DNA from: Rebecca billardiae RCC1528
Lineage: Eukaryota; Protista; Haptophyta
Assembly: GCA_965240325.2 (NCBI GenBank)
Contig: OZ251253.1
Span: 620,001 to 684,000, forward strand
Length of the DNA stretch: 64,000 bases
Direction: 5' to 3'
Shown: piece after piece, positions 32,693 to 43,671 of the stretch
Position numbering within the stretch: position 1 is the first letter of the stretch
How the letters are laid out: each line of letters opens with the position of its first letter
Made by a program: the position numbers and the translations under genes
The notes under the pieces: model-generated
The model's database searches: none
What the model saw: only the letters and a program-made list of their open reading frames with translations
Told to the model about the DNA's origin: nothing

Positions 32693-34636
32693 CTGACTTG
32701 CTCGCGCGCCGCGGCACGCGCTCGCCTCCTCGCGCTGCGCCGCTGCGCCGGCGGGGGGCTCGCTGGCTCTGCCCTGCCCGCAGCCCAGCCGGCTGGTGGT
32801 GCGGTCAGGGCCAGCGCGCGAGGCCGAGCCGCCCGAGGGGTGGGGGCTGCGCAGATGCGCCTGCGACGCAGCCGCAGCGCGGACCCCGGCGCGGACCGCG
32901 TCGCAAACTCCGGGTGGCGGGCAGCCGAGTCACCGCGGCCGGGAGCTCGCCGCGGGCTGCTGCGATCAAAGGCATCGGCCGCCGTGCCTGTGCGTCGCCA
33001 CTGGCCTGTGCGAGAAGTCTACCGCTACGCAGACTCGCCGGTGTGCGCCTGTGTGGCATCAGCCCAGGCACGAGTCTCGAACTCCGTTAACTCGATCGCA
33101 TCACGCCGCTCTTCGCTTGTCGCCAGTTTCGCGGACGGCGCCGGGCCGCGGCATGGAGCCGTGGCCGGCAGCGGTCCGCTACGACTGGCTCCGCGCGGAA
33201 TCGGGCGCCAGCGGCAGCCAGCAGGTAACTACTAGCTGGTGCAGTAGCCGAGTGTGACGCGGAGGCGGGCTGCTCGTCAGGAACGGCTGGCGGGCGCCGC
33301 CGGCCGTCCGTAAGTAATCTGCCGCACTGGCGGGCACTAGGTTACTAGCAGCGCGCCGGACGACGAAGTCCGCCGCCGGTACTGATGACGAACTGCGCGC
33401 ATCCGACGGCGCGCCGCAGCATTACGCGGCAGTATCACAGTGTGTCGTCAGTTGACCGTCGGACCGCCGTCGTAGGCGTAGTGACTAGTGAGTGACGCCG
33501 GACTGATGAACTGACCGTGCTGCGCGAATATGATATGATCACGGCGGCGCGTGTAGTGACTACGACTCGGCGCAGCCGTGGGACCGTGTCGCCGGTCCGC
33601 GGTGAGCCGGGAGTCCTCATCACTCACTACGCTCGTGGAGCGCAGTCGCTGCCACGGACGCCCACGGTCGCGTAGTCCGACTCATTGGCGGGCGGCGCGG
33701 CCCGGGCGTCCGAACTCGCCGGACCGTGGCGCACTCCGATTGGCGGCTGACTCACTGAGCGCCCCGGTCACACTGTACGCGCGCACTCGTCAGCGCATTA
33801 ATATGCCCACTATAGCTAGCTATACTGATAATAGCAGGAAGCAGTTATATGGATGCGGCGCCTGCTGATGACGACGATGACGCCACCGACTGATACTACG
33901 ACTACCTACGACCGTATAACCCGTAAGTACGTATGTCATCATCTTAATGAGCCGCGCCTCGGGCCGCGCGGGCGCCGGTACGTCGTCGTCGTCGAGCAGT
34001 CGACTGCAGTCGTTACGTCGCCTAATATATATAATAAGGATTATCACTGGTAATAAGTAGTACATCATCGTCAATAATAAGTCCGCCCGGGCACTGTAGG
34101 CCTCGTCACAGCGCAAGTCCGCCGCCCGCGGGGCCGCCGGCCGGCGCCACGCCGGTCCGACGAGACCGGCGTGCCGCGGATACTTATTATTATTATTATT
34201 ATCAATCAAAAACGTACTCAGTGATGGCGCGGCAGCGCAGCAGCGCGACTTCTGATTTCTGCTCACTTCAGACTGCTCTCACGACTGACACTCACGGCTC
34301 ACCGCGCTACGCACTGCGACTCCGCGGGCGCCCGGGGGGCGGGCCGGCCCGGACTCACGGAGGCGGATCGGGATTCCGCGCCGCTAGCTCGGCTGATGCT
34401 GATGATGATATATGAATTATATATAATTGCGCGCTGCTGATGGCGGAGTCGGATATCATCCCTGCTGGACTCGTACTACTCAGCGACTCGTCCAGACGAC
34501 TAAGTCGATGCATCAGCGATGATGCTGAGTCGATCGAGCTGACGAATATCCGGCCGCCTGTTGCGCGGTTGAGAATGCGCATAGCAGATAACTTTGATGC
34601 CCACTGCCCAGGCGGCGCCGACGTGAGTTATAAGAG

Positions 34637-35368
34637 TCACTGCGCGGCCGTCGGCTGGAGGGGCTGCATGGCGGCCCCCATGCCGCTGTCGGCCAGCGCC
34701 CCCGCGACCAGCTCGTTCAGCGCCTCCGCGCGCTGCGCCTCTGCCTTGCCGCCCTGCGCCTCCGCCGCGAGCAGCGCGCCCCAGCTGAGCCCCTCGCTGC
34801 CCTTCTCCAGCGTCAGCACGAGCGCGCGGCGCGCGCCCGAGCCCTCGAGCGCCCACGAGCAGCCGTCGGTGCGCACGGGGTGGAGCAGCTCGCCCGAGAC
34901 GAGCGGCGCGTCCTCGGCGCCGACGAGGCACGCGTGCACGCGGCTCCGCCCGAACGTGACGCGCACGTCGGCGGGCTTGGTGGCGGGCGGCAGCGGCCGG
35001 ATGGTCAGGGTAATCTCGCTCGCGTCCTGCTCGAAGTGGAGGGCAGGCGGCGGCGTGGGCTCGGCCGCGGGGGCGACGGCCTCACTCACGGCCGCAATCG
35101 ATGCCGCGGCCTCCCGCGCAGCCTCGAGCTCGGCGAGGACGTGGCCGATCTTGGTGCGCTGCTCGGCAAAGAGGCCGACCGCATTGTCCGCCGGCGGCAG
35201 CTGCGCCAGCGCGGCCTGCAGCTGGTAGATCGCCTCGGCGCGCATGCCCGTCTTGATCGCGGCGATCGCACGGTCCACCGGCTTCGCGAGATCGCGCCAG
35301 AATTTGTCCTGCTTGAACTCCGCCGTGCACTCGACCAAGCGCGCCACCTGCGATTCTGCTGCCGCCAT
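34637..35368 (-). CDS. CS-domain (p23/NudC-like) co-chaperone protein
   Basis: FEQDASEITLTI.LPP.TKPADVRVTF...LVSGELLHPVRTDGCSWALE...LVLTLEK...WGALL. Confidence 0.85.
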   Translation of the reverse strand: MAAAESQVARLVECTAEFKQDKFWRDLAKPVDRAIAAIKTGMRAEAIYQLQAALAQLPPADNAVGLFAEQRTKIGHVLAELEAAREAAASIAAVSEAVAPAAEPTPPPALHFEQDASEITLTIRPLPPATKPADVRVTFGRSRVHACLVGAEDAPLVSGELLHPVRTDGCSWALEGSGARRALVLTLEKGSEGLSWGALLAAEAQGGKAEAQRAEALNELVAGALADSGMGAAMQPLQPTAAQ

Positions 35369-35502
35369 GGCGCTGCTGCAGCGGACGTTGCACGTTACCG
35401 CAAAGGGTTCACGTCCGCTTGAGGGCGCAGGGTCCAGACGCATCGGACGGGTGCGCACGCAGCTGGAGCTCCGCGCTGCTCCGCTGGCCGGGCCTCATTC
35501 AG

Positions 35503-36474
35503 TCATGCAGTCGGAGCACACATGAGGCGCACGCCCGTCTGCTCCTCGGCAGCTCTGACGTCGTCGAGAAAGCGCTGCAGCGCTACCGCGTACAGCCGGC
35601 TGTCCACTCGGGTGATCTGATCGACGACCCTCCACGTGCCCGCCGGAACGTCGCGCTCGTGCCGCTCCGGGAGGCCGTGCCGGATGCGATGGAGACGACC
35701 CTCAGGCTCAGCGGCGCTTTCTCGCGCGGCAGCAGGCGCAGTGCTGTTCGCGCGGCTGGCGCAGTCGCACCCGGCAGGGAGGCTCCCCGTCATCCGCAGG
35801 ACGACGAGGCACACCGTCTCGAAGTAGTGCTCTGTGACGCCGACGATCGGCACCTCGTGCAGCCCCGCCAGCACGTGAGGCCAGCTCGGCACGCAGTCGT
35901 CAGGCCCGAAGCAGCGGTGCGCGCGCGGGAAGCAATCGTACCCGCGAGGGCGGTGGCGCACCTTCAAGAACTGGCATTGCCGTCCCGCGGGGTCGACGTG
36001 GTCGAGCCCGCGGCACGTGAGGTAGCGCGACTGCATGTTGAGCGGGTTGTAGCACGCAAAGTCCTCGACCGCGCGGCGCTGCTGCAAGGCCAGGCGTCGC
36101 GTGTGGTTGGCAAAGTGCTCCACCCAGCGCGCAAAGCCCAGCGCGTCGTCCTCGGCCCGATCGAACGCCGGGTGCGAGTGCGCGTCGCGCTTGCCGCTGT
36201 GAAAGTACTTGCAGTGCATGAACTGCGACAGCACGTGCGCCCGCGGCCGCCGCACCACGACGACGAGCCTCGCATCGGGACTGGCGTCGCGCAGCGACGG
36301 TGCGCAGTGCTCGAGGCTCTGCGCGACGGGCAGCGAGTGCGTCTCCAGCAGGTCGTGCTTGAGCGACGTGCCCGCCGTCTTCGGGACGTGCACAAGCACG
36401 AGCTGCTCCCGGAGCGCGCATGCCGGCCCGAGGAGCAGGCAGAGCGCCGTCGCCGCGACGCTGCGGGTCGCCAT
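35503..36474 (-). CDS. Sulfotransferase-family (Golgi type) protein
   Basis: VHVPKTAGTS, VVVRRPRAHVLSQFMH, NMQSRYL, VGVTEHY..TVCL, D.RLY..A..RF; signal peptide. Confidence 0.82.
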   Translation of the reverse strand: MATRSVAATALCLLLGPACALREQLVLVHVPKTAGTSLKHDLLETHSLPVAQSLEHCAPSLRDASPDARLVVVVRRPRAHVLSQFMHCKYFHSGKRDAHSHPAFDRAEDDALGFARWVEHFANHTRRLALQQRRAVEDFACYNPLNMQSRYLTCRGLDHVDPAGRQCQFLKVRHRPRGYDCFPRAHRCFGPDDCVPSWPHVLAGLHEVPIVGVTEHYFETVCLVVLRMTGSLPAGCDCASRANSTAPAAARESAAEPEGRLHRIRHGLPERHERDVPAGTWRVVDQITRVDSRLYAVALQRFLDDVRAAEEQTGVRLMCAPTA

Positions 36475-36539
36475 GGAAAGAACGCGGAAAGTCGGCACCG
36501 AAAATATCCTCACGAAATGCATGGCTCTGGTGGGTCCGG

Positions 36540-38072
36540 ATGCAACATTCGTCCGTCCGAAATCCAGGCGCGACAAAGCCCGACAAAGGCCGACGAAATC
36601 ACGAAAATCACCGCGGAACTCAAACGACGGGCCGGAAGATTGAGCCGACGAATTCCCCGCCGTCCAGCCGCCTCCCAAGCTCGCTCATCGTCATCATCCG
36701 CGGCATCGCGCTCGCCTGGCTCGTCGCATCGGCGCCCACGCCGCTCTCCGCATCGGCCCGTCTCGCTGACGTGCGCGTGGAGCACCTCGCCGGCTCGCGC
36801 GCGGTGGAGCTCTTCCTCGGCGCGCTGAGCGCTCACGCGGCCTTCTTCCTCCTGGTGGCGTGGATGCCTGTCCACCTCCCGTCCAAGCCCTTCCTGCTGC
36901 GCAAGCTCGAGGCGCTCGGCCGCGCCGTGCACGCGCGCACAGTGCTTCTCGTCGGCGTCGCCCTCGGCTTCGCGCTCGCCGCGACGGAGGGCCTCCGCGA
37001 CGCGCCCGACGCGCAGCGGCAGCGCGCGCACGGCCTGTTTGCCCTGCTGCAGCTGGCCGTGCTGCTCGGCGTGCGCACGGCGGAGCGCGCGAGGGCGGAC
37101 GCGCTCATCGCGCTCGAGCGGCAGATGCAAGAGGCCTCGATGCTCGCGTGGTCCCCGCCCGTCTCCCGCCGCCCCGGCGTCGTCGCGCCGCACTTCCTCC
37201 GCGCGGCCTTTGCGCCCAAGTTTCTGAGCGCCGAGCGGCTGCCGACGCAGCGCACGCGCAAGCTGCTCTTCGTGATGAACCACCAGCTCGGCGGGCTCGA
37301 GATCCCGCTATTCGTCGAGTACATGCACGTGGAGCACGGGCTCTTCCCGCGCTCGCTCGCCGACCACGCCCACTTCTACCTGCCCGGCTGGGCGCAGCTG
37401 CTCAGCGCCGCGGGCGCGGTCGACGGCACGCGCGACAACTGCGCGGCGGTGATGCGGCTGGGCCAGCCGCTCCTCGTCTTCCCCGGTGGCGGGAACGAGA
37501 TCCTCAAGAGCAAGGCCGACCGCAAGTACGCGCTCAAGTGGCGCGAGCGCGTCGGCTTCGCGCGCATGGCGATGGCGCACGGGTACACGCTCGTGCCCGT
37601 CGCAGCGGCGGGGCTGGAGGACCAGCTGCACGTGCTCGCCGATATCCCGGTCGGACGCTGGCTGGGCGCGCTCGGGCTGGCATCGGGCGCGCGCGCGGAG
37701 CTCACGCTACCGCTGCTCGCGCCCGTGCCGGCCGAGCTCGGGCAGCGGCTCTACTTCAAGTTCCTCGAGCCCATCGACACGGCGGGGCTCGACGCGACCG
37801 ACCCGGCCGCCGTGCGCGGTGTGCGCGACCTTTGCCAGAGCCGGCTCGAGGCGGGGCTGGCCGAGCTGCTGCGCGAGCGCGAGGCGGACCCCGAGCGCTT
37901 TGTGCGCGGCGGCGGCGGCGGCGGCGCGGAGTGCGCCAGCGCGGGCCCGCGGGCGGCCGCGTGGTGGGGCCGCGCGCGCGGCGACTCTGGCTCCTCCTCC
38001 TCGTCGGCTTCCACGCCCACGCCACCCCCAGAGCGCGCCTCGCCACATGCAGGCAATGAGCGCACTGAATAA
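36540..38072 (+). CDS. Membrane-bound PlsC/DAGAT-type acyltransferase (TMEM68/phytyl-ester-synthase-like); start uncertain
   Basis: N-terminal TM helices; LLFVMNHQLGGLE, PRSLADHAHF, LLVFPGGGNE, YALKWRERVGFARMA..GYTLVPVAAAG. Confidence 0.83.
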   Translation: MQHSSVRNPGATKPDKGRRNHENHRGTQTTGRKIEPTNSPPSSRLPSSLIVIIRGIALAWLVASAPTPLSASARLADVRVEHLAGSRAVELFLGALSAHAAFFLLVAWMPVHLPSKPFLLRKLEALGRAVHARTVLLVGVALGFALAATEGLRDAPDAQRQRAHGLFALLQLAVLLGVRTAERARADALIALERQMQEASMLAWSPPVSRRPGVVAPHFLRAAFAPKFLSAERLPTQRTRKLLFVMNHQLGGLEIPLFVEYMHVEHGLFPRSLADHAHFYLPGWAQLLSAAGAVDGTRDNCAAVMRLGQPLLVFPGGGNEILKSKADRKYALKWRERVGFARMAMAHGYTLVPVAAAGLEDQLHVLADIPVGRWLGALGLASGARAELTLPLLAPVPAELGQRLYFKFLEPIDTAGLDATDPAAVRGVRDLCQSRLEAGLAELLREREADPERFVRGGGGGGAECASAGPRAAAWWGRARGDSGSSSSSASTPTPPPERASPHAGNERTE

Positions 38073-38529
38073 TAAGCGGCGGGGCTAAGTGAGCAACGTC
38101 GTGGACGTCGTCAACGCGCTGCTCGGCTGATGCGCGCGCGTTCGCGCTCGCGTCATCAGAATACGTCGCCCTCGTCGTCATCATCAGCGCGACCCGAGTC
38201 CCGATCGGCATCCGCCACCTCGCGGCGCTGCCAACATCAGCTATATATCATAACTTATCACTATCACGACTATCAGCAGGCAGCAATAAGCAGTTAGTTG
38301 ACGATCGTATCGAGTCATGATGACGCGATAGATAGATAGCAATATCTATATATATATATAATTAGAAAAAACTTATTATATAATATATATTATATATATA
38401 TATTAATATATATTAACGACGTGGCAGCATCCGACAAGCGTCAGGCTCAGAGTGCAACAGACACATAGAATGCGTCACCGCGCCTTCCGTCCAGGTCAGA
38501 CAGTGCGCCACCCGCAGCCCTGCCCCCCT

Positions 38530-38900
38530 ACGGGAGCGGGGCCGGGATGGAGCACCGCCTCGGCCTGGGGCACGCGGCGGCGACGGCAGATGCCGCCGCG
38601 GCCGAGCGCCTTCCGGAGCACTTGGATGAGGGTGAGGTCGTAGTCGATGTCGCCGCCCGCGCCGACCTAGCGGCGAGCAGCTCCGGCAAGCGGCAGCCGC
38701 GGCTGTCGCCCCCGTGCGCCCGTGTGGGCGCCTGGATGAGGATGAGGTCGTAGTACGCGTCGCCGCGCGCCGGCCAAGCGGCGCGCAGCTGCAGAAGAGG
38801 GGCTCGGAGAGTGAGCGCGCCGCCTAGCGCGCTCTGGGCGATGAAGCAGATGAGGTGGTAGTCGATGTCGCAGCCCGGCCCGCCGGCGGGCTGCTGCAGA
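38530..38900 (-). pseudogene. Degenerate coding-like fragment with a thrice-repeated DxxYDLxLIQ motif
   Basis: DIDYHLICFIA, DAYYDLILIQA and DIDYDLTLIQV spaced about 110 bp apart, with a frameshift. Confidence 0.3.
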
Positions 38901-40095
38901 TGCAGTGCTTGATGCTGGGGAACCTGGCCTCCGGGCGCGTCACACCCCGCACCCCCTGCCCCACCTAGGGTGGAGCGTGGGGCACGGAGGAGGCCAGCGC
39001 CAAGGGCCAGATGGGTGCAGCGGCGTCCACCTGCTGCATCGCCCCCCGAGGCGATGCAGCCGGCGGCCGGCTGGAGAAAGAGGGTGCCAGTGCCTATCCC
39101 GGACCCGCTGCGTGTGGTTGATCTCCGCGTGCACGTGCCAGCGCAGAGCAGTCGAATCGAACGTCGCGGGGTCAGCTGGCGACCCGCGCGCTCGGCCCGC
39201 CCGCCGCGAGACACTCCTGGCGGTGCCCCACCGAGTCCCCGGGAAGGGAATATATATATAATTAATTATAAATGACGATGTCATTGGACCGATTATTGAC
39301 GACCGGCGGCGCCGCGTCTGCGGACTCAGAGTGATGCGGTCGGGTGCGCTGGTGGCGGCGGTCTCGGACCACTGCCACTGGTCGTGGCCCGCGCGGCAGC
39401 GGCATGCGCATGTGCTGATGGCGGCCCGCCGCCGGCGTATAGTGCAGCCCTGAGCCCGGAGCGGGCGGAGCCGCCCGAGTCGGGCCGCTGGTCTGCACGA
39501 GGCGGTCAGGAAGTAGAGAGCAGTGATGATCGCATCAGCGCAAGTCGTGCTGATGATCACGTGCTGCATGCTCGGCTTGGTTCACAGCGGCGCTCATGGT
39601 AGATTCGATTGGTGTACGTCCCGGGGACCGCAGCCGTCGCAGTGACGGTCGGTCTCGAATGAGGTCGCGTAGCAGCGGATGGCAGTGGACAGGTAGTGCA
39701 CAGGCAGTGACGCTCGGGCACGGCACGTGGCGGACGGGCAGTAGAGTGGACAGGGCGCGACGCTCGGTCGCGGAGGAGTGGATGGATGGGTGAGCAGAGT
39801 GGACAGGGCGCGGCCGGCCCGAGCGGGCAGGCGGCGGTTGGAGAGAGAGGAGCTGAGCGTTCGGCACAGCGGTCGGTGGTGGGTGGACAGGAAGGACAGG
39901 CTGCGGCCGCCGAGCGAGCAGGCGGCGGCAGGCTGGTGGGGAGCTCTCGATCGGCCTAGTGGACAGAGACTGGTGGGCAGACTAGTGGACAGCACAGGGA
40001 GAAGACACAACGAGGGGGCGCCGAGGGCGCGTGGCGGCAGGCCACGGGGGCAGAGCCCACCGCAGCCGCGGCGGCGGCGGTGCAGGCGCGCGCGC

Positions 40096-43000
40096 TCACG
40101 CCGCCGGCTGCTGCTGCTGCTGCTGCTGCTCCGCCGGCGTTGTGGTGATGTACGCGACCTCGCCCTTGGAGCCCCACGGGGCGCCGCAGCGGTAGCGGAT
40201 GTTGCCCTGCCGGTACGCGTGCAGCTCGCCCGAGTCGCACTGCTTGATGAAGGAGCACGGGGGGCCGATCAGCCGCGCGAGCACCTCCGCCGTCGCGCCC
40301 TTGGCGGACGGGCGCACAGACCACTCGTGCTTGGACGCGGCGCGCACGCCCGTGAGCTTGATCGCGGCGCCGCCGCCGTGCTCGCCCGTCACCAGCCTGG
40401 CCAGGTGCTCCGCCGCGCGCGCGGGCGCGTCCTCGTACACGTGGTGCGACGCGCCGCGCACGCTCACGACGGCAAGCTCCTCGCCGTCGAACTCGTCCAG
40501 CCAGCCGCGCATCTCGGCGGCGGTGACGACGCGGTCGTCCGCGCCGCGCAGAATCACCGCGTTGCAGTGCAGCGGCTCCGTCTCCGCGCCGTCGGGGCGG
40601 ACGAACGCCTCGTACAGCGCGAGGTCGGCGCGCAGCGGCGCGAGCAGCTCAGCCAGCCCCGCGCCGCCGGCCGCCAGCCGCTCCGCCGGCACGCCGGACG
40701 AGCGGAGGAACTCGGCGAGCTGCTCGTCTGTCAGCGCGGAGCACGGCGTGTGCGGCGCATATGAGCCGAGCCCGCCGGTGTGGCCCTCCGCGATCGCGGG
40801 CGCCGCGTTGCCCGACGCGACGAACGCCGAGGGCTCGAAGCCGGTCGCCTTGCGCAGCGCGTGCGCGGTCGCGTACGCAGCGAGCGCGCCCCACGAGTCG
40901 CCCACGAACACACACGGGCCGCGCGGCGCGGTCTCGGCCGTGAGCAGCGGCTGGAGCTCGGCGGTGAGCGCGCCGATGTACGCGTCGAGCGACGACTCGG
41001 ACGGCTCGGCCGCGCGCTCGTCGCGGCCGGGCGGGCTGACGAAGAGGAAGCGCGCGCGCGGCTCGAGCTCCCTGAGCCGGAGGTACGTGTGCGCAAACTG
41101 CTTGGGCGAGCCTGCGGGCGGGCGGCCGACGCGGCACGGCGCGGGCGCGCGCGAGGGTCGCGGGGGAGAGCGCGGCTGAGCGCGGCGGCCGGTGCGCGCG
41201 CGCGCGCACACGCGCACAGCACGCACGCACGCGCACACGCGCACAGCGCACACGCGCGCAGCCCGCACGCGCAGCCCGCGCGCACCGCCGGCCATCGGGA
41301 AGAGCACGAAGGTGGGCAGCTGCGGCCGCTCCGCGTCCGAGACCGCGCGGAACACGCCTTCGTACGGCTGAGAGACGGTCACCCAGCGCGGGGCGTCGGC
41401 GGCGCCGCCCTTGGCCACGCCCGCCGACGCGGCGACGTCGTCGATGAAGCTGCCGAGCGTCTTGGTGAGCAGCGCGAACACGGGCGCCTTGAGGCCGAGC
41501 GTGTCGCGCAGCGCGGCCACGCACTCCATCGCGGAGAAGGAGTTGCCTCCTGCACGCGCACGCGCGCACGCGCGCGCGGTGAGGGGGGAGGGCAGCGGGG
41601 ACGGCGCGCGCGCGCGAGCGAGGGCGTGAGCGCCGGGCGGCGAGGCGCGCGGCGGCGCACGGCGCGGCGCACGGCACACCGCGCACCGCGGCGCGGGACG
41701 CGACGGCTCGGCTCGGCTCGGCCGCGCCGCGCGCGCACGCGCGCGCGCACCCGCGTCGGCAAACGAGCCGCTCTCTGCGAGCGCGGTGCCGCCGATCACG
41801 GCCTGGAGCACCGCGACCACGGCGTCGCGCTTGGCGCCCTCGGCCCACAGGGCGCGCGCCTCCTTGAGCCCGGTGGCCTTGCCTGCGCGGCGCGGCGCGG
41901 CGGCGTGCCGGGCGTGGGCGCGGCGGGCGGGCGGCGGGGCGCGCGCGCGCGCGAGTGAGCCGCGGCGGCCGCGGCGCGCGGCGCGCGCGGGGCGCGGCGC
42001 GCGTGGGGCGCGGCGGCGCGCGGCGGCGGCGCGGCGCGCGCGGGGCGCGGCGGCGGCGCGCACCGTCGTTGGTCTTGGTCTCGGCCTCGACGGCGAACGC
42101 GGCGCGGTTGGAGAAGCTCTCCAGGTCGAGCGCCGGCGCGCTGAGCAGCGCCTGCTCCGCCTCGCCCGCCATCGCGGCGCGCATCACCGCGCGCAGCCCG
42201 CCAATCATGTGCGCGCGCGGCAGCAGGTAGCAGTCAAGCTCGTCGAGCGCGTTGGCGCGCGACCAGGTGAGCACGGCGTGGTGGTCGGGGAGCGCGGCGG
42301 CGAGCGCGTCGCGCAGGTCGGCCGGGTCGATCCCGCCGCCCTCGCCCACGCCGTCCTGCACCGCCGGCGCCGCCGCGTCCGCCGCGCCGCTCACGAGCAG
42401 CACGTCCGCGGTGAGGCGCGCGTTGCGCACGCCAAAGCGCGCGACCACCGCAGGCGGCGCGCCCGCGCGCTCGGCCGCCGCCACCTCGTCGCGCAGCGCG
42501 GCGGCGATCGAGCCGGCGGTCTCGCCCTCGGCGGCGGCGGGCGGCGCCACCTCGCGCAGCGGCAGCGCCGCCTCCGCCGGCCCCGTGTGCAGCAGCACGT
42601 TGTACCGGTATCGCCCGAACTCCGTCATCAGCCGGTCGCGCTTGAGCTGCACCTCGACAGCGCTCACGCCCGGCAGCTCGCCGCGCAGCGCGAGCGCGTA
42701 GAAGAGCGCGGGGTCGAAGCAGCGGTCCTTGTCCTTGGCGAGCTCGGCGTCCTGGAACGCCCGGTCCACGCACTGCTCGTACGACGCGTACAGGTGGCGC
42801 GCGCGCCGCACGCAGAAGAGCCGCTGGTGCGCGAGCGAGCGCACGTCCCCGAAGTGAAAGCAGCCGCCGGGCGCGAGCTTGGGCAGCCCGTTCTTGAGCA
42901 CCTTGGCCGTGTACTCGACGGAGGGGAAGTACATCGAGACGCCGTTGCACACGATCGAGGACCACTCGCCGTCGTCGAAGCCGGAGAAGTTCGCCGCGTC

Positions 43001-43635
43001 GCGCACGTGCATCTTGAGCTTGCCGTGCCCCGCCGGGCCGAGCGCCGCGCGCCCAAAGTGCGAGCGCCAGGTGCGCTCCACGTACTCGACGGCGAGCCTC
43101 GCGATGTCGGTGCCGACCGCGCGCACGACGCGCGGCGAGGCGGCCCACTTGAAGAGGATCATGCCCTTGCCGCAGCCCATCTCGATCACCGCGTCGGGCT
43201 TGCGCTCCAGGATCTCGTCCGCCGTGTGCTGCACCCACTCCGCGATCGTGCGCCGCTCGTGCATCTTGCCGGTGAAGGAGTCGTAGTAAGACGCCCAGTC
43301 CATTGTCGGGTCCTCCTGCCCGTCCGAGACCTGCAGGTCCTCCGAGAAGTACATCTCGTTGTACACGGCGCCCCAGCGCGCGGCCTTGCGCTGGTCGTCG
43401 ATGTACGCCGCCACCGCGCGGTGGTCCACCTTCCCCGCGTTGTTGAGCGGCATCGCCTCGATGAAGAACCACTCGGCCGGGATGTACGCGGCGGGCAGCC
43501 GGCGCGCGAGCAGCACGGACAGCTCGCCCGCGGACGGCGTGGGGCGGCCGGGCGTGGTGGACGCGACGCCGACGAGCTGGCCGTCGACCTTCTCGACGGC
43601 GGCGGCGGAGAGCGCGGGCGCCACCTCGAGCACCA

Positions 43636-43671
<36 letters not shown>

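Noticed and set aside
40649-42063. C-terminal about 470 aa of the 1592-aa ORF as real NRPS sequence
   Set aside because: Read-through into intron 1 in the wrong frame; PCP and TE are in the spliced frame
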